A stretch of 63,995 nucleotides of DNA, counting the filler, from Jimgerdemannia flammicorona (Eukaryota), in NCBI GenBank assembly GCA_003990765.1. It is 3 parts of 3 records of this genome, joined end to end, with 100 filler letters (N's around TTAATTAATTAA, not from the genome) between each part and the next. Parts side by side here need not be neighbours in the genome. Positions count along the whole stretch, not along the records: positions 1 to 21,435 come from RBNJ01001454.1; 2 more parts are not named here. One strand, given 5' to 3'. The translations under genes and the position numbers were made by a program. This document shows positions 1 to 13,598 of this stretch, one piece after another (positions within the stretch are counted from its first letter, which is position 1; each line of letters opens with the position of its first letter). A model generated the notes under the pieces. It saw nothing but the letters and a program-made list of their open reading frames with translations, was not told the origin of the DNA and did not search any database.

Positions 1-209
1 AAAAAAAAAACCCAAACATTCATCACGCCCTTTTCTAGTTTATTTTCAGTCCAACTAAAAAAAAGAAAAAAGAATTTTTTTTTTTTTGCCTTTTTGCACT
101 CTTTTTACCCTCAAGTTGTATACATTGTCTCAAATCAGGCAAGAGACGCTTAGGCACTATGCGTGACTTGGAACCACACTAGAAGAGCCAAGACTTTGGG
201 AAGACATAT

Positions 210-443
210 GTGTGGAAGGATTACTCATGGGCTTATGTGAAGAACACTTACATATCATTATTATCAGTTAGTTAAAATCCTGTATAAATAGCAGACTCAG
301 AGATTGCAATAAAGCTCAATCTTGACATCTCAGATAAGCAATGTGCATTTGCAAAGATCGGATATCCAAAGAATCCATGTATGATAGGTCGTTTTTCAGG
401 CTTCCCTGCCCCCTAGATTCAACAATTTCCTATTATACATCAC
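210..443 (+). mobile_element. Probable short LTR (3' end of an LTR retrotransposon running in from the window start)
   Basis: TGTG...CATCACA termini, internal TGTATAAATAG followed by AATAAA, preceded by a purine-rich 'actttgggaaga'. No second copy in the window. Confidence 0.35.
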
Positions 444-897
444 ATGGTACATCACCTCTTTATTATCAATTTCTTAACAACCAATAATGCATGTCAAGGA
501 GGATGGCAGAATTCGGAGCAGAGGTGTCTGCTTTATGGCCAACCACAGATTCCAGGTGAATTTGCATGGACATCAGATATCACATAGTCGGACTTGCAGC
601 CCAGCTGGATAATAATAATAATTGTGATGGCGTAGGAGGGGTTTCAATGATTCGCCATCCTTTCGGAATTGTGACATATCACTGGTAAGTATCTGTCACC
701 CATCATGTTTCATTGCTACATTGGGGTTACGGTCACGTCGATAGAAGAAGGCCCCCTTGTGTTTCTTTGTACCATCTTATGTTCTGGAGGGCAGTGATGA
801 AAAGCATAATCGGTCTGCTTCAGTGGCCCAACCAGAATTTTCGTGACCGCAAATAAAAGCCACCAACAATGTATCCAGTATCTTCATCCAAAAAACC

Positions 898-2943
898 ATG
901 CCACGCACATCCAAGAAAAAATCCGATACGGTATCCGCAGCGACCGTCGCCGAACCATCGGCGAGCGTCGATCTATCCTCACTCACACTCGATGCCACCA
1001 ACGGAGGCGGCGGCGGCGACGAGACGGAGCCCACACCTTTAACCGCCGCCGCAGCGTCCAAGCCGAAATCCAAGAAAAAGAAGAAGAAACCCGCGTCCAC
1101 CGTAGCAGGCCCCTCAGACCCCACGATCGATTACCCGGCTTTGATGTCCGCTTTCCCCATCACGCTGCGCACGACCAACGCCAAGGGGCGTCACTCCGTC
1201 GCGCGGGAGCCCCTTGCGGCTGGCGTGACGGTGTGTCTTGAGCGAGCGACGACGTTCATCGTGCGGACGCCGCACCTTCAGGAATTGTGCCATTGGTGCA
1301 TGGACCCGCTGACGGGCGAGGATGGGAAAGAGGAGAAGGTGACATCGCATTTTGCGTGCGAGAGTTGCGGCGTGGCGGTGTATTGCTCGAAGGGGTGTAT
1401 GGAGGAAGATGCACGCGACGGGCATGCCCTGACGTGCGGAACGGTCGGGAAGTTGAAGGATGTGGCAGAACGGACAGATGTCGATGTGGATTTGTTGAGG
1501 ATGGTGGTCGGCTTGATGGCGAGGAGGGTGGAGGATTTGAAGGAGGTGGTGGTGAAAGAGGGGAAGGTGGACAGTGACAAGAGGCGGACGCCGTTTAAAT
1601 GTGTGGGCGATTTGGTGCATCATAGAGATAAAAATGATGCGGCATTCATTAAGGTGGTGACGGCAGCCGGTGAGTTATATGTTGATGACCTGGGTGATTG
1701 AGTTTTGGTGATAGTTTAGGTGATTGAGTTCCGGTCCCGAATTTTGGTGATTGATGTTACCGTGTAATTATGTTTAGTCCTATTTGTTTTTTCTTTTCTT
1801 TCTGACATGATACATAGCCGAGGCTCTCCATGAAATCATGCCCAAAGACCAATTGGTCCCGGTGCCCGACATTGTGACTCTCGCGTGCAAGTAAGTCCTC
1901 CATCGCATTCAAACTCCGCAATATTTTTTATATACACAAACATTAATAGCTTTTCTCTCTCTCCCTCTTATATAAGGGTCAACACCAACGCCCACGGCCT
2001 TGGCGATAGCCAATCGCGCAACAAAGACGTCGCCCTGGGCCTCTTCCCTCTAGGCGCCCTCTTCTTTAACCACAGTTGTACCCCGAACTGCTGCTTCGTC
2101 GGCCAACGCCATGGGCAACTAGCCTTCCGCACTCTTCGTCCCGTTCCCAAAGATGAAGAACTAACTGTCTCCTACATCGACCTGTACGCCCCGCGCGACG
2201 AACGCCGTCTGAACCTCCTCCTGACTAAGCACTTTTGGTGTAAATGCAAACGCTGCACGATGCCGATCGACAAATCCCCCGATCGCTACCTGAACGGTCT
2301 TCTCTGCTCCAAATGCCGCAAGGGCGTTTACGTGATCCCCCCCTCGCCGACTCCAGAATCGATCATGACTCCACCCACAGGCGACCTCTCGACGCGCACG
2401 TATACGTGTGACACTTGCGGCGACGCCTTAACGCACACGGCGGCCGAGACAATCTTTGCGCGTGCCGACAGCAAGTATAGCGAGGGGATTTCGCTAATCC
2501 GTCAGCGGCGGTACCCGGCAGCGCGGATGACGTTCGCGAGACTTATCCAGTCGCACGATCCGTCGGCCTCGTCCGCCGCTGAAGCGGGCCCGCTGCTGCA
2601 TCCACGCCACGTGCTGCTACTCAACGCATCTGTGCCACTTATGAACTGCTACGTGTACGAGGGGGATCACAATGCTGCTGTGGCGTTGAACCGTCGTGTG
2701 TTGGCAATGGTGGAGGGGGCCGGGGCATTCCCGCCCAACGCGCCGGAGGTGTCGGATTATTGGTTTAATTTGGGCGAGCTGTTGATGGAGCAGGCGGGAG
2801 AACATAAGAAGGCAAAGAAGATGACATTGCAGAAGAAGTGCGAGAAGGAGGGCAAGCAGGCGTTCAGGAATTGTTGGGAGATTAGGAAGGTGGCATTTGG
2901 GGAGGGGCATGCTAAAACGGCGGCGGCGGAGAAGAGGATGTAA
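898..2943 (+). CDS. SMYD-type SET-domain lysine methyltransferase with MYND zinc finger and C-terminal TPR-like helices; 3 exons (898-1669, 1818-1890, 1977-2943)
   Basis: Split SET domain (KGRHSVA ... FNHSCTPN ... ELTVSYID), MYND-like C-x2-C...C-x2-C...YCS-x2-C...H-x3-C, post-SET CKCKRC. GT-AG introns join the exons in frame. Confidence 0.9.
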
Positions 2944-3327
2944 GAGATTCGTCTTTGATATGGGGGCTGAGATCGGCAGGATTAGGGACGCGATAAATGT
3001 GGCGAATGTCACTGTAGTAACGGACGAAAATTATATAGACTCCCCACCCCGCTGGTGGCCGTAGCGCTATGTTAAGGACAGATGTATTCATACCAATTGT
3101 TTATTATCCATGATTCTTATAATTATCAGCCATTCTACACAACCGCCTTTAAGTGAAGTCAATGACGAAGGCACCTCCTTGGTCCGCGCCCGCGTGGGCA
3201 TTATGAAGACGAACCGGAAAATAAGAAGGCTCTGTGGGCTGGCGATATCGGAGATCTGCATGTCAAGTTGAAATGTTCGGAGCAGGGGCGAGATGAGAAA
3301 AACCGTTCCAATCACTGGGTATCCAAA

Positions 3328-3403
3328 TCAAGTCCCTCGCTCCATAAAAGCCACCGCTCAAGTCCCACCCCTCAAGTCCCGCTCCATAAAAGCCACCCCT
3401 CAA
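3328..3403 (+). repeat. Short imperfect tandem duplication just upstream of the ARMT1-like ATG
   Basis: 'caagtccc(t)cgctccataaaagccacc' occurs twice. Confidence 0.6.
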
Positions 3404-3428
3404 CACATAACCTCCTGTGCACCATACA

Positions 3429-4949
3429 ATGTCCTCCGCCCCCACCCCAAACAACCCTCCTTGTCCTGCCTATCGCTGCCAGGAGAAGGATTCGTTCGCG
3501 TATCCTACCGCTGTCGAGAGGTGGCCCGTTATCCTCACAAATGTCATTGACGATGTATACAAGTCCTACCGCGACGAGGTCGACCCCCAAAAGCAGCGCG
3601 AGGCCAAGGAGATTATTGAGCGGATCGGCGCACTCAAGTATGAGATGCAGAGGGATAGGCCATTCAGGTTTGTAGGGCACATTTCTTGTGAGAAAGGGGC
3701 AGACTTCGCACGTCCTATTTACACTCTGGAGCGCGTACTCAAACTCCAGACCGATCGAAGAAGACGGCTCGACCGACTATACAACCTGGAACGCAATCCT
3801 CTCACAAGACTTCCCCAATTCTTCCTGGTTTTCGGCGACATGGCTCTTCTCTGAATGCTACCTCTACCGGCGCGTGCGTGAATCCTTCAACCTGACAACG
3901 ACATGGTCTGGGTATGACCCATTCTTCCGACAGAAGACGTCGACGTTTCAGGGCTCGTCGTCGGCGGTGTTCGACCTAGCACGGCGGTTCTCGGTGCCAA
4001 TCCCGTCGCAATCCGACACCGAGCGCCACCTGTGGTTCCACGAGCTCGCCCAGGTCTGCCTGTGGGGAAACGCCACCGACCTTAGCCTGTTGGTCAATAT
4101 GACCGAGGAGAATATCAAGAGCCTGCAGGCTACGGGAGCGCAGAGGCTCGAGGAGCAAGAAAAAAATATTATTGTGAATGATTTGGAGAGGGTGTGGGAG
4201 AAGGTGAAGGAAATGAAAGGCGGGAGAGTGGATTTCGTACTGGATAACGCGGGTAACGTATTGATGATCCCATGGTCCTTGCGACGATGTCGGCACTTCC
4301 TCGTACTCAACCCCGATCCCACTCTAACCAATGTTTGCCCATCCCAGGCTTCGAGCTCTTCGTGGATCTCGTTCTGGCCGACTACCTCCTCCAAACCTCG
4401 GCCGCGCGCACGATTTACTTCCACTGCAAGACGATTCCCTGGTTCGTCTCCGATACGCTCCCCTCGGATTTCCACTGGCTGCTCGACTCGTGCACGAACA
4501 CCTTCTTCAGCAACGCCTCGGAGCCCGATCTGGCCTCTCTCCATGCTCTGGCCCTCCGTTGGAAGTCATACCTGGCCTCGGGCGCATTCGTGGTGGAGTC
4601 GGATCCGTTTTGGTGCTCGGGATACGCGTACTGGCACCTACGGGATCAGGCGCCACAGTTGTACGAAGAATTGAGCGGATCAGACCTGGTGGTGTTTAAG
4701 GGCGACCTCAACTTCCGCAAGCTGACGTACGACTGCAAGTGGCCGGCGACCACAAGGTTCAGGGAGGCGATCGGGCCTGTGATGAGTATCCTTTTCCCGC
4801 CGTTGGTTAGCTTAAGAACGAATAAGGCGGATGTGTGTGTTGGGTTAAGGGAAGGGAAGGAGAAGGAGTTGGTGGAGTCGGGAGAGGCGGATTGGAGATG
4901 GAGCGGGAAGTTTGCTGTCGTAGAGTATTCGGAGGGGAGATTGAATTGA
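3429..4949 (+). CDS. DUF89 / ARMT1-like damage-control sugar-phosphate phosphatase; 3 exons (3429-3667, 3750-4252, 4348-4949)
   Basis: Motifs SFAYPT..RWP, WLFSECYLYRR, YDPF..QK, LWGNATDLS, VLDNAGFEL, PWFVSDT, FKGDLNFRKL, RTNKAD. Introns restore the frame. Confidence 0.93.
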
Positions 4950-5177
4950 TATTGATAGAGACGATTATTGGGCTTGGAAACGCCTCAAAACTTGCATAAT
5001 TTTAAGAGAAGAAGAGGTTACCTTCTATGTTGGATTGGATACGTGTGATGTGTGATAGGGTATTTCGCGTGTATTGGATGAGACAGGGGCATTCCAATGG
5101 TTTAATGTGTGACCGTTAATTCTGGCGGCTGCGCCCGCATAAATATCAGCCGTCCATGAGCCCCCACACTACACGAA

Positions 5178-5372
5178 ATGCGCCCGGACCAGCACAAACA
5201 GCGCGCCTCGCGCCGCTACCAGTCGAAACACAAGGCTACGGGTGACACCACCTCTGCCGATGTCGCACAGTCGAGGCGGAGGAACGCGCGCGGGAGGGGG
5301 CGTGGTGGGAGTGGGGTTGGGGTAGGGCGGAAGGAGGGAGGGGAGGCGGAAGAAAATAAGGACGAGAAGGAT

Positions 5373-5407
<35 letters not shown>

Positions 5408-7416
5408 AAATGGTAAGAGATACATGGGTTCAGATCAATATTGTCGTATCTTTTCTCTCAGGATGCTTGGGCTGATTTAATGGACTGGGTACAGGGTTTT
5501 TCAAATGACTCGTGCCATTGAATTCCACACGACAACAGTGAAAATGAAACAACCCCTTTCACTTCCACTCTCCCTTCCTCCTCTCACCAGCGCCGTCGCC
5601 CGCCGCACGCCGTAGTGGCGCCGGTTTCTCGCGCCGGAAAGTCATCAGCAACGCTCACCGGTACGAGGAGCCATCGGCGGAAGGTGATTATCCGTGGCGC
5701 GGTGGTAGTATTGGATGGGATGGTGTGGAAAGGTCCCCGTTTGGTGCTCAGATGTATTTTTACCCTATTCCTCCGTCCAGAAGCCTTGAATTATCATCCC
5801 TGACAGATCCGCCACCCACGCATATGTCTTCTTTTTATCTCTGCGCAGACGAACTCGCGGCCGAAGCCGAATTGGGCATCGACCGACAGATGGTCGATTT
5901 TATTGAATTATTGAAAAGCGGCGGTGGTAAGTATCAGTTCTTTTTGCAAACCTTTTTGAGACGGTGCCAAATTGGTAAATTGTACATTTCTCTGCTCTTA
6001 TTCACTGTCTTTTTTTGCGCTGTTACATCGCCATGATATTGTCACAGACGAGACCGAGACCGCATACGACCCCTCTACGTACTTTCAATTTAAGGAGGAG
6101 AAGGATTGGGATGACGGGCTCGGCGGAATGGAGGGTGATGGGGCAGACGAAGTGCGTGTCTTGACGGAACTCCTTATTATTAATTTATTTTGAGGAGAGC
6201 TAGAAAAGCAGATCACAGAATGGGCAAGGGTACCAAATGGCCGAACTGACTGTTCCTTTCCTCTCGCGCAGCTTTACGCGTCGCTGATGCAGATCCGGTT
6301 CGACGACCTGGAGACGTCGCTGGCCAAGGTTCCACTGCATGTGCGACTGGGGCTGGACGAACGGGATTTGGCGATGGTGGTGAGTGGGGAGGCTCTTACA
6401 TGACACCATTTGTCGTAGCCCACGTCTTATGAATATGGTGACATATTCTCGGACATATGACAAATTCTTCTCACGCGCACCAGACCGACGACTTCTACTC
6501 GGATAACAACCTCCTCTCCGCGCCCATCGTCCCGAAATTTGTCCGGTCCGAAGCCTTGCTCGTCAAAAAGGCTGGCGACGGAGGGGCCGCTGGCTCGGCA
6601 ACGACGTCCAGTGCGAATCCATCACCTGTGAGCAAGACTGTCACTTCAGCACCGGGACCGCCAACGAGGGTGTTGAGGATCGTGTCCGCAGGCGGGAGAG
6701 GTATGTCCGTTTTGTTAAGAGGGTATCAAAGGTTGAAGGGAGAGGGCAGATGGGAGAGGGGGTTTGGTAAGAGATTTAGGTCGAAGGATGGCGGAATTGA
6801 TGCCGTGGTCAATATGTCAATGCTTCGAACCCCCTCTCCATCATCCTCCATCCCACAGCCACAAAAGATGCCGACGACGACCTGGACGAACTCCTGGCGC
6901 TGGGCGACGACAAGCCCACTGCGTCGCCTGCGTCGTTCTCCCGCATACCACCCACCTCGAACGCCGCGATATCCAAACCTAGCGCGACGGCGCAGAAGGT
7001 CAAGAGCCGTGGGACAGACGCGAACGATTTCGATCAGTTCATGGACGAGATTGATGGGAAGGGCGGGGCGAAAAGTAAGTTTGTAGGACGAAGAAGAGGA
7101 AGATGTTTTTTTTTTTTTGGTTTCCAGCTGGAGGATTCCTTTGTGAGGGGGGAACGTCGATCTGTCTGTTCTACACAATGATTCATTATCAATCAATTAC
7201 ACGTTGATGTGTTCTTTTGACTTCCACCTTCACCCAGCTTCGTCCGCGAAACCTGCCTCGTCCGCCGCGCCACCGCGCAAGCTCAAGCCCCTTGCGCGGC
7301 CAACGCCAAGAGAGGGACACGTGGGTCTTGGTGCTACAGCGGCGGCGCCGCCGAAGGGCGGAAAGGGCGGGGATGGGATGGAAGATTGGCTGGACGATGT
7401 GTTGGGGAATGCGTGA
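5178..7416 (+). CDS. AVEN-like protein (RGG-rich N-terminus), multi-exon
   Basis: The spliced product contains an RG/G-rich and acidic N-terminus, FSRRKVISNAHRYEE, YFQFKEEKDW, VPLHVRLGL and C-terminal EDWLDDVL. These resemble the conserved blocks of metazoan AVEN as I recall them. Exons approx. 5178-5412, 5591-5683, 5849-5926, 6048-6151, 6272-6379, 6484 onward; later junctions are less certain. Confidence 0.72.
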
Positions 7417-8109
7417 GTTGGGGTGATGGGTAAAGAGTTTTGTTTGGTTGACGGTGAGTGATTTTGACATAATAACGATGGGATCAGTTTGCGATCTGTG
7501 TTAATGATATAAGGTACAGAGCAATTTCAAACCGACGAATTGTGAAAAAGTGCAACTATGTCAAAATGTGTCTTGTCACCATCGTCTCCATCAACAGTAA
7601 ATTACATCCTCACCAAACACCACGCATGTGTACAGTGAGGAGGCGGGAATCGTCGGATCCCCTTCCCATTTTGTATTGATTAATCGTTCAGGATATCTAT
7701 GCGGCGACGAGAATTTCTTTTCTAGCGAAGAAGAGTTGCGGAATACGATCCCAAAGTTGGAAGATAGTAAATCAAGAAGCGAAAGGGGAAGAGAGTACAA
7801 AATGATGTAACATAAAAGCAGTACAGTCAGGGACAAACGTGCACCCGTCATTCGGACACTGCCTACGCCAACGACACCACCAACCGCAAAACTCCACCGG
7901 AAAAGCGGGAAACTACCACCCAACTGCTGAAATATTTCTACCTCCTTTCCTAGCCTCCACCACTACCGCTCCGTCAAGGATATCCCATCCACATTAATGT
8001 ACATCGCGCTTCATTTCATCGCGTCCGTCCCACCCATCCCGTACATCGCGCCTCATCTCGTCGCGTCCGTCGCTCCACCCAACCCCTTCCTCTCCACCCA
8101 ACCCCTTCC

Positions 8110-9891
8110 TCATATCAACCCCTCATCGACCTGCTTCTTGAACCAGGTAATCGTCTCATTCAGACCCTGCCTCACCGCAAACCTAGGCTCCCACCCGAGA
8201 TACGTTTTCGCTCTCGTGATATCCGGCTTCCTCTTCTGCGGGTCATCTGTCGTAGCCGGAAAGATCTTGATCGCGGTGCCGGGGCTAATCTGATCCCTAA
8301 TGAGCTCTGCAAACTGACGAATGGTATACTCCTCTGGGTTTCCTAAATTCACCGGCTCAGTATAATTCTTATTCATGAGCAGAATCAACCCATCGACAAG
8401 ATCATGCACGTACTGGAACGAGCGAGTCTGCGATCCGTCGCCGTACACGGTAAGCTGCTCGCCCTTGAGGGCTTGCATGATGAAGTTGGAAACGACGCGG
8501 CCGTCGTTCTCGTTCATGCGCGGGCCGAACGTGTTAAAGATCCGGGCGACGCGAACGTCCACGTCGTCCTGGTGCATGTATGAGTACGTCAGCGTCTCCG
8601 CTACGCGCTTGCCCTCGTCATAGCATGCACGGGGGCCGATAGGATTCACGTGGCCCCAGTAGGTTTCGCGTTGGGGGTGCTCTTCGGGGTCGCCGTAAAC
8701 TTCTGGTGAATGGTGGAGGGAGATAGGCACGCGAAAAAAGGGGTTAAAAACGGATGTCGAGGTTTATATAAATAAACACAAAATAAAATAAACCCACCCG
8801 ACGTGGACGTGAGCAAGAACCTCGCCTTCGTCCTCTTTGCCAGCCCCAACATATTGATCGTCCCCATAACGCTTGTCTTGACGGTCTTGATTGGGTTATA
8901 CTGGTAGTGGGGCGGGGAAGCTGGACACGCGAGATGATAAATCTGATCGACTTCGATCATGAACGGATCGACGACGTCGTGCCTAACGAGCTCGAAGTGC
9001 GGGTGTCCAAGCCAGTGCTGTACGTTTCGCTTATTTCCCGTGAAGAAGTTGTCGAGGACAATGACGTCATGTCCCATGAGCATGAGACGGTCGACGAGAT
9101 GGGACCCCACAAATCCCGCGCCGCCGGTGACGAGAATGCGTTTCTTCTCGCTGGGACGAAGGGAACGGACGGGCGGGAAAGTCTTTTCGTGGAGATAGGC
9201 GACTGTGTTGTTTTGGCGGTTGTCGATCCGATTGTAGGGCTGCACGGGGAGGTAGACGCCGCGAAGGGTGTCGAGTGCTATCTGCGAGTTGACCGAGGGG
9301 TGCCCGACCTCGATGACGAGACCGCTCGGGTCGTGGTACTCGCGAAGCGTAGGGAAGGTCTGAGTGCTGTTGACGAAGATGTTTGGAGGGCGCGCGCTGT
9401 TGGTGGTGGCGGTGGTGGGGAGATCGGAAACGGGTTGTGCGGCGTTTTGATCTTGAGGGGTTTGGGGGGTGTCAGGATGGTGGAGGGCCATCTGGGGATC
9501 CTCGAGGGAGATGGCGGACGGGATGGAGTGGTGGAGGACAGGTTCCTCTGTTGCGATTTGAGACATGGGTTCTAGTTGTTTGAAAGCGTATAGGAATAGA
9601 GCGAGTCCTAGGAGACACCAGAAGGCCAAGACGAAAGCGGACTTAATGATTCCTGTTCTTCTGAATGGAATGGGAACTGATGTGCAAGACGAATGGTCGT
9701 AGGTGTGTCCCGAGGTAAGTCAGAGTGATGGCTGGTGTGTGAGCGGAGAGTCCAATCCAGTCCAGCTGCCTCGGATCTAACGACTTTTATAGAGCCGGAA
9801 GAACCCAACGTGGAAAACCGATACTCCCGACACCCACTAACTCTTGTAATACTCACCTCTCAACAACCCGCAACACTGCTTCACCGCACAT
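8110..9891 (-). CDS. UXS1: UDP-glucuronic acid decarboxylase (UDP-xylose synthase), with N-terminal transmembrane anchor and stem
   Basis: [63 protein letters not shown]. Intron at 8797-8703. An acceptor at about 9661 and a donor at about 9856 give an in-frame short first exon; the exact start ATG is uncertain. Confidence 0.93.
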
Positions 9892-11369
9892 ATACGTAAT
9901 CCACGCCGCTAAAATCCCTTCTTGGCATTAACCCTTTTTCGATTGTTTGATCCGCCCAGCGTTGCACTAAGACCCTGAACCTGCAATCAGGTTCCTGTGA
10001 TCTGTGATATATGGTATAGGCGCCCGACGCCGACCTACCTTCACACTCTATCTCATCCAACGGCCCGGACAAGGAATATCGACCAAAAAATAGCTACCAT
10101 AGTGTCCGCGGTCTGACGAATTTTGGTTTGGTAATTACATTGATTACATAGTGAGCGATGGTGCGGCTAACGCGGGTGTGGCAGGATCGCGAAACAGGCA
10201 CTGAATAGATATCAACAATGGAAAATACCAAACTGAAACTCCGACTGCACAGCTCCTCCCTAATCTAACTATAAATCTGACAACGAACATATCTGTTTTC
10301 AATCGCGAAACCTCATTCCCCACGAATAAATACTTCTCTCTCACCAACCAGACGAGATATCGATATAACTAACCCGACCCAGGGAACCTTCTCCAATAGA
10401 CGGAGGACGCCATGCGGCCCATCCAAGCATCCCTCAAGTCTCGGTTCCGAATCTTTGCAAAAGGAGCCTCCAGTCGACAACCCTCTCTACGATCTCCCCT
10501 TCGTGGTCAATGTGGGAGCAATCCACGTGTCTGACCTCGAAATTGAGACACTCGTGAGAGCTGCCAGTGTATATACGGCGGCGGATCAATAACGTTATCG
10601 CGTCGTCCGTGGTTATGCGGTGTTGGTGGAGTTGCACGGGAGTCGAGTAGGAGCTAGTTTTGGTCATGATGGGAATCTCGACTGGCCAAGGACAGGGTCA
10701 GAAAACTAGATTAGAATGAGAATGCGTTTATGTTTTTCGAATTCAGATTTGTGCCGAGCTCTCCTTTCGATCATGTTTGTTTTGCAGTTCTCGGCTAGTC
10801 CTAGTACTCCAACAAGTAGACTCCCGATATCACTTCCTTCGCCGACTACACTTGTATGCGCTGTTTTTTCAAGATCTCAACCGGAATACCACGACATCAC
10901 TGCATAACTTATCCTATGGATGTCATCAACACAATCGCATTCATGCGATACAGGAACTTCGGCGAGTCTAGCATTTACAGTTGTGTCGTACCGATACTCA
11001 TTCGAGTCACCGGCCACCGAACATGGATATAGCCATGGCACCCCTCGATTGGTTAACGTGAATATCAAGGTTCTGTGTTCTCCGATGCGCCACGTGCGAT
11101 GGCAATCAAATGGGGCAATGGGACAATCGATGAGTTATCATAAAGTGCTTGATTAGGTGACGAGTTCGATGATGGCCGGCACGAAGGTTTAAATGTCGTG
11201 AAGGTATAACAAGATCTTTATATATTTCTTTGGGTATTAATGACTAGAACCCATGAAAGATAATATCGCTGTATATTCTAAGAAAAAGGAAATAATATAA
11301 GTGGTTGCCTTTCTGATGTAAGTTATAAAAGTAATCATTGTCATTAAATAATAGCTGAAAAGTCTGGTT

Positions 11370-11430
11370 GCTGACCCAAACACCTCCTCAAAAATCACCA
11401 ACGCCTGTTCGTACAGCGGCTCCAAACCGT
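11370..11430 (-). pseudogene. Relic of a kinesin-light-chain-type TPR repeat gene
   Basis: EPLYEQALVIFEEVFG resembles a TPR_12/KLC repeat. It is an isolated fragment inside an AT-rich island. Confidence 0.45.
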
Positions 11431-13598
11431 AAAGTTCTTAGGCTCGTTGGGAAACTCTCGTCAGTGCAATTCAACGAACCTAAGATGTCTTCCCACAAAC
11501 AATGCAATCATATAATATATATATATATATCCTATTGTGATTATTGTTATTTTTATTATTATTATTACTATTATTATTATTTAATGGCACTAGAAAATTT
11601 CAAAGACGTATTTCTGGATCAGAGTCTGATGTCTTTTTTATCAAATATTATATCAGATTACCTATGATAGATATGACAGTAGTAGAAATAAATATGATAA
11701 TAGTCTAAACAATTAGGCTTTTATGAGATAATAGATGAAAATTTTTACAATCTATATATGTAATCGCTTAATATAACAATTTATAAGATAGAATATATAC
11801 ATATATAAATAATAGATAGAGAGTTTATAATATACTTTCTTTTTAATATCAACAATTGACTTATTCTTAAGTAATAAACAAAATTCTCATTCTTTTCATT
11901 AATAATAATATACTGCAATATACATGTGTATTATTATTAAAATCTATAATAAGACTATATAACCCATGCTGCTGGAAGCAGAGGCCAAGAGTGATTTAGT
12001 TACCGTTGAGGTTGAGAGGTAGCGTTGGAGGAATATAGATCTAGTGAAAGTTAATAACTCGACCTTTGCTGAGGCCTCGTTCTTTCGACTTTTAGCAAAC
12101 CAGCAGTCCAACCAATGGACGAAACTGACATCGAACATGTGTATTGCTTTTTAAATCTCGATTGCATGCAGCCGTCCTTGTTGTCCAACCAGTTCGACGC
12201 GAGTCGTAAAGCATGGAACCTCCCCTGCTTTGTTGTACATGGTTACCTTGCTGTCCAGCCTCCTAAATTTTATCGCTGAAAAGTTTGGATGCGTCACATA
12301 ATCACATTTGCGCTAATGACTAACCAGCCAGCCTATTGCTTGACGCAGAGAACTGACTCTCATCAAACGCATTATTTTATGCGACTCTATGATCTCGTGC
12401 CCCTACCATCATCAAATGTCATCACAATGTATGAAACCAAAACACCCCGTACAAAAACATCTATATCCACAACAGAACACTCCTTGCATAAACCAGTACC
12501 AGACGACACACTGCGGAGAAAAAACCAATGGGTGTATCATCAATGGCATCGTGCGTCATCGAGTTTCCGAATTCGACTAGGTCATCAGTCATCAACAACT
12601 GCCACTAGTGGCACCGGCTCCTTTCCAAGAAAGTGATAGACTCCCTCCGCCCTTCCTGTCATCGCAATCTCCACAATACCCTTCACGGCAATGGATTTCC
12701 TTCTCATCGCGAATCATCAACGTCACCGAATCACGTGAATTACACATCCGACTGTGGACTAAAGTCATTTGGATTAGGCGCAGCCGGTGAGGAGGGGAAG
12801 TGCAGTTGGCAAGACGTGCAGGGACTCGGCTACGATGTCGGAACCGCCGAGGATGGAGAAGATAGAGGAATGGAAGGAGCGGTGAAAAAAAAAAAAAAAA
12901 AAAAAATGAGTGGCTAAGGACGTTTGTAGAATTCCATTTACTTGGGGTAGATGATATGGATGGATCGGGTTAGCTTTTGGTATTTGGGGCCAGAGTCAAT
13001 TCGTGTCCGTATCTAATTCATTCGCTCCTCGCCCACCTTCTAGGTCTACAACAAGGTCGAAATCACCCTCGCCACTCACGATTATCCGCGCGCAACGTCG
13101 AGCTCGCCAAGTTCTGGACGCGGCGTTTGAGTCATTCTGGGTATAACCTAAGACGGTTGTTCAGGGTTAAATTCTTGATCGATTTGCCGGGAAAGACAGG
13201 AGGCAATCAGTGGATATGTATGCGTAATTGTGTTGGATTATATCCGGCGTAACAGCGTGGCTGTGTCTACTTAGAGTACAGGCATTTGATGTGCAACAAA
13301 GGTGTCCTTGTGAAATTTGTACCTACAGCCCACACGATATGTCTTTTAACTGTTTTGATGGATGGCGGGGTTATCATAGTGCGAAAGCCCAATTCGACGA
13401 GCTTGTTTTCTATATCAGCACTGTATGTACATACATAATGAAAGAAAAGGGAAATCGTTCCACTGAAGCCAATGACAGTAAAGCGAGAGTGGTATCCATG
13501 ACTTCGCGAATCGTCTGTGCTTCAGAAACGGTTTTCATGAACACTATTATATGACAAAGCCTCAATAATTTAGCACAACATAAGATTCAAACCACTGC

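Noticed and set aside
7999..8080. Short tandem duplication downstream of the UXS1 stop
   Set aside because: Two imperfect units of about 42 bp in a 3' UTR; ordinary slippage.
777..9583. Numerous overlapping antisense and alternate-frame ORFs over the GC-rich genes
   Set aside because: Shadow ORFs expected from high GC3; the real frames are explained by conserved proteins.
10330..10670. Possible small exon or ORF in the UXS1-bioF intergenic region
   Set aside because: No recognisable motif or convincing gene structure on either strand.
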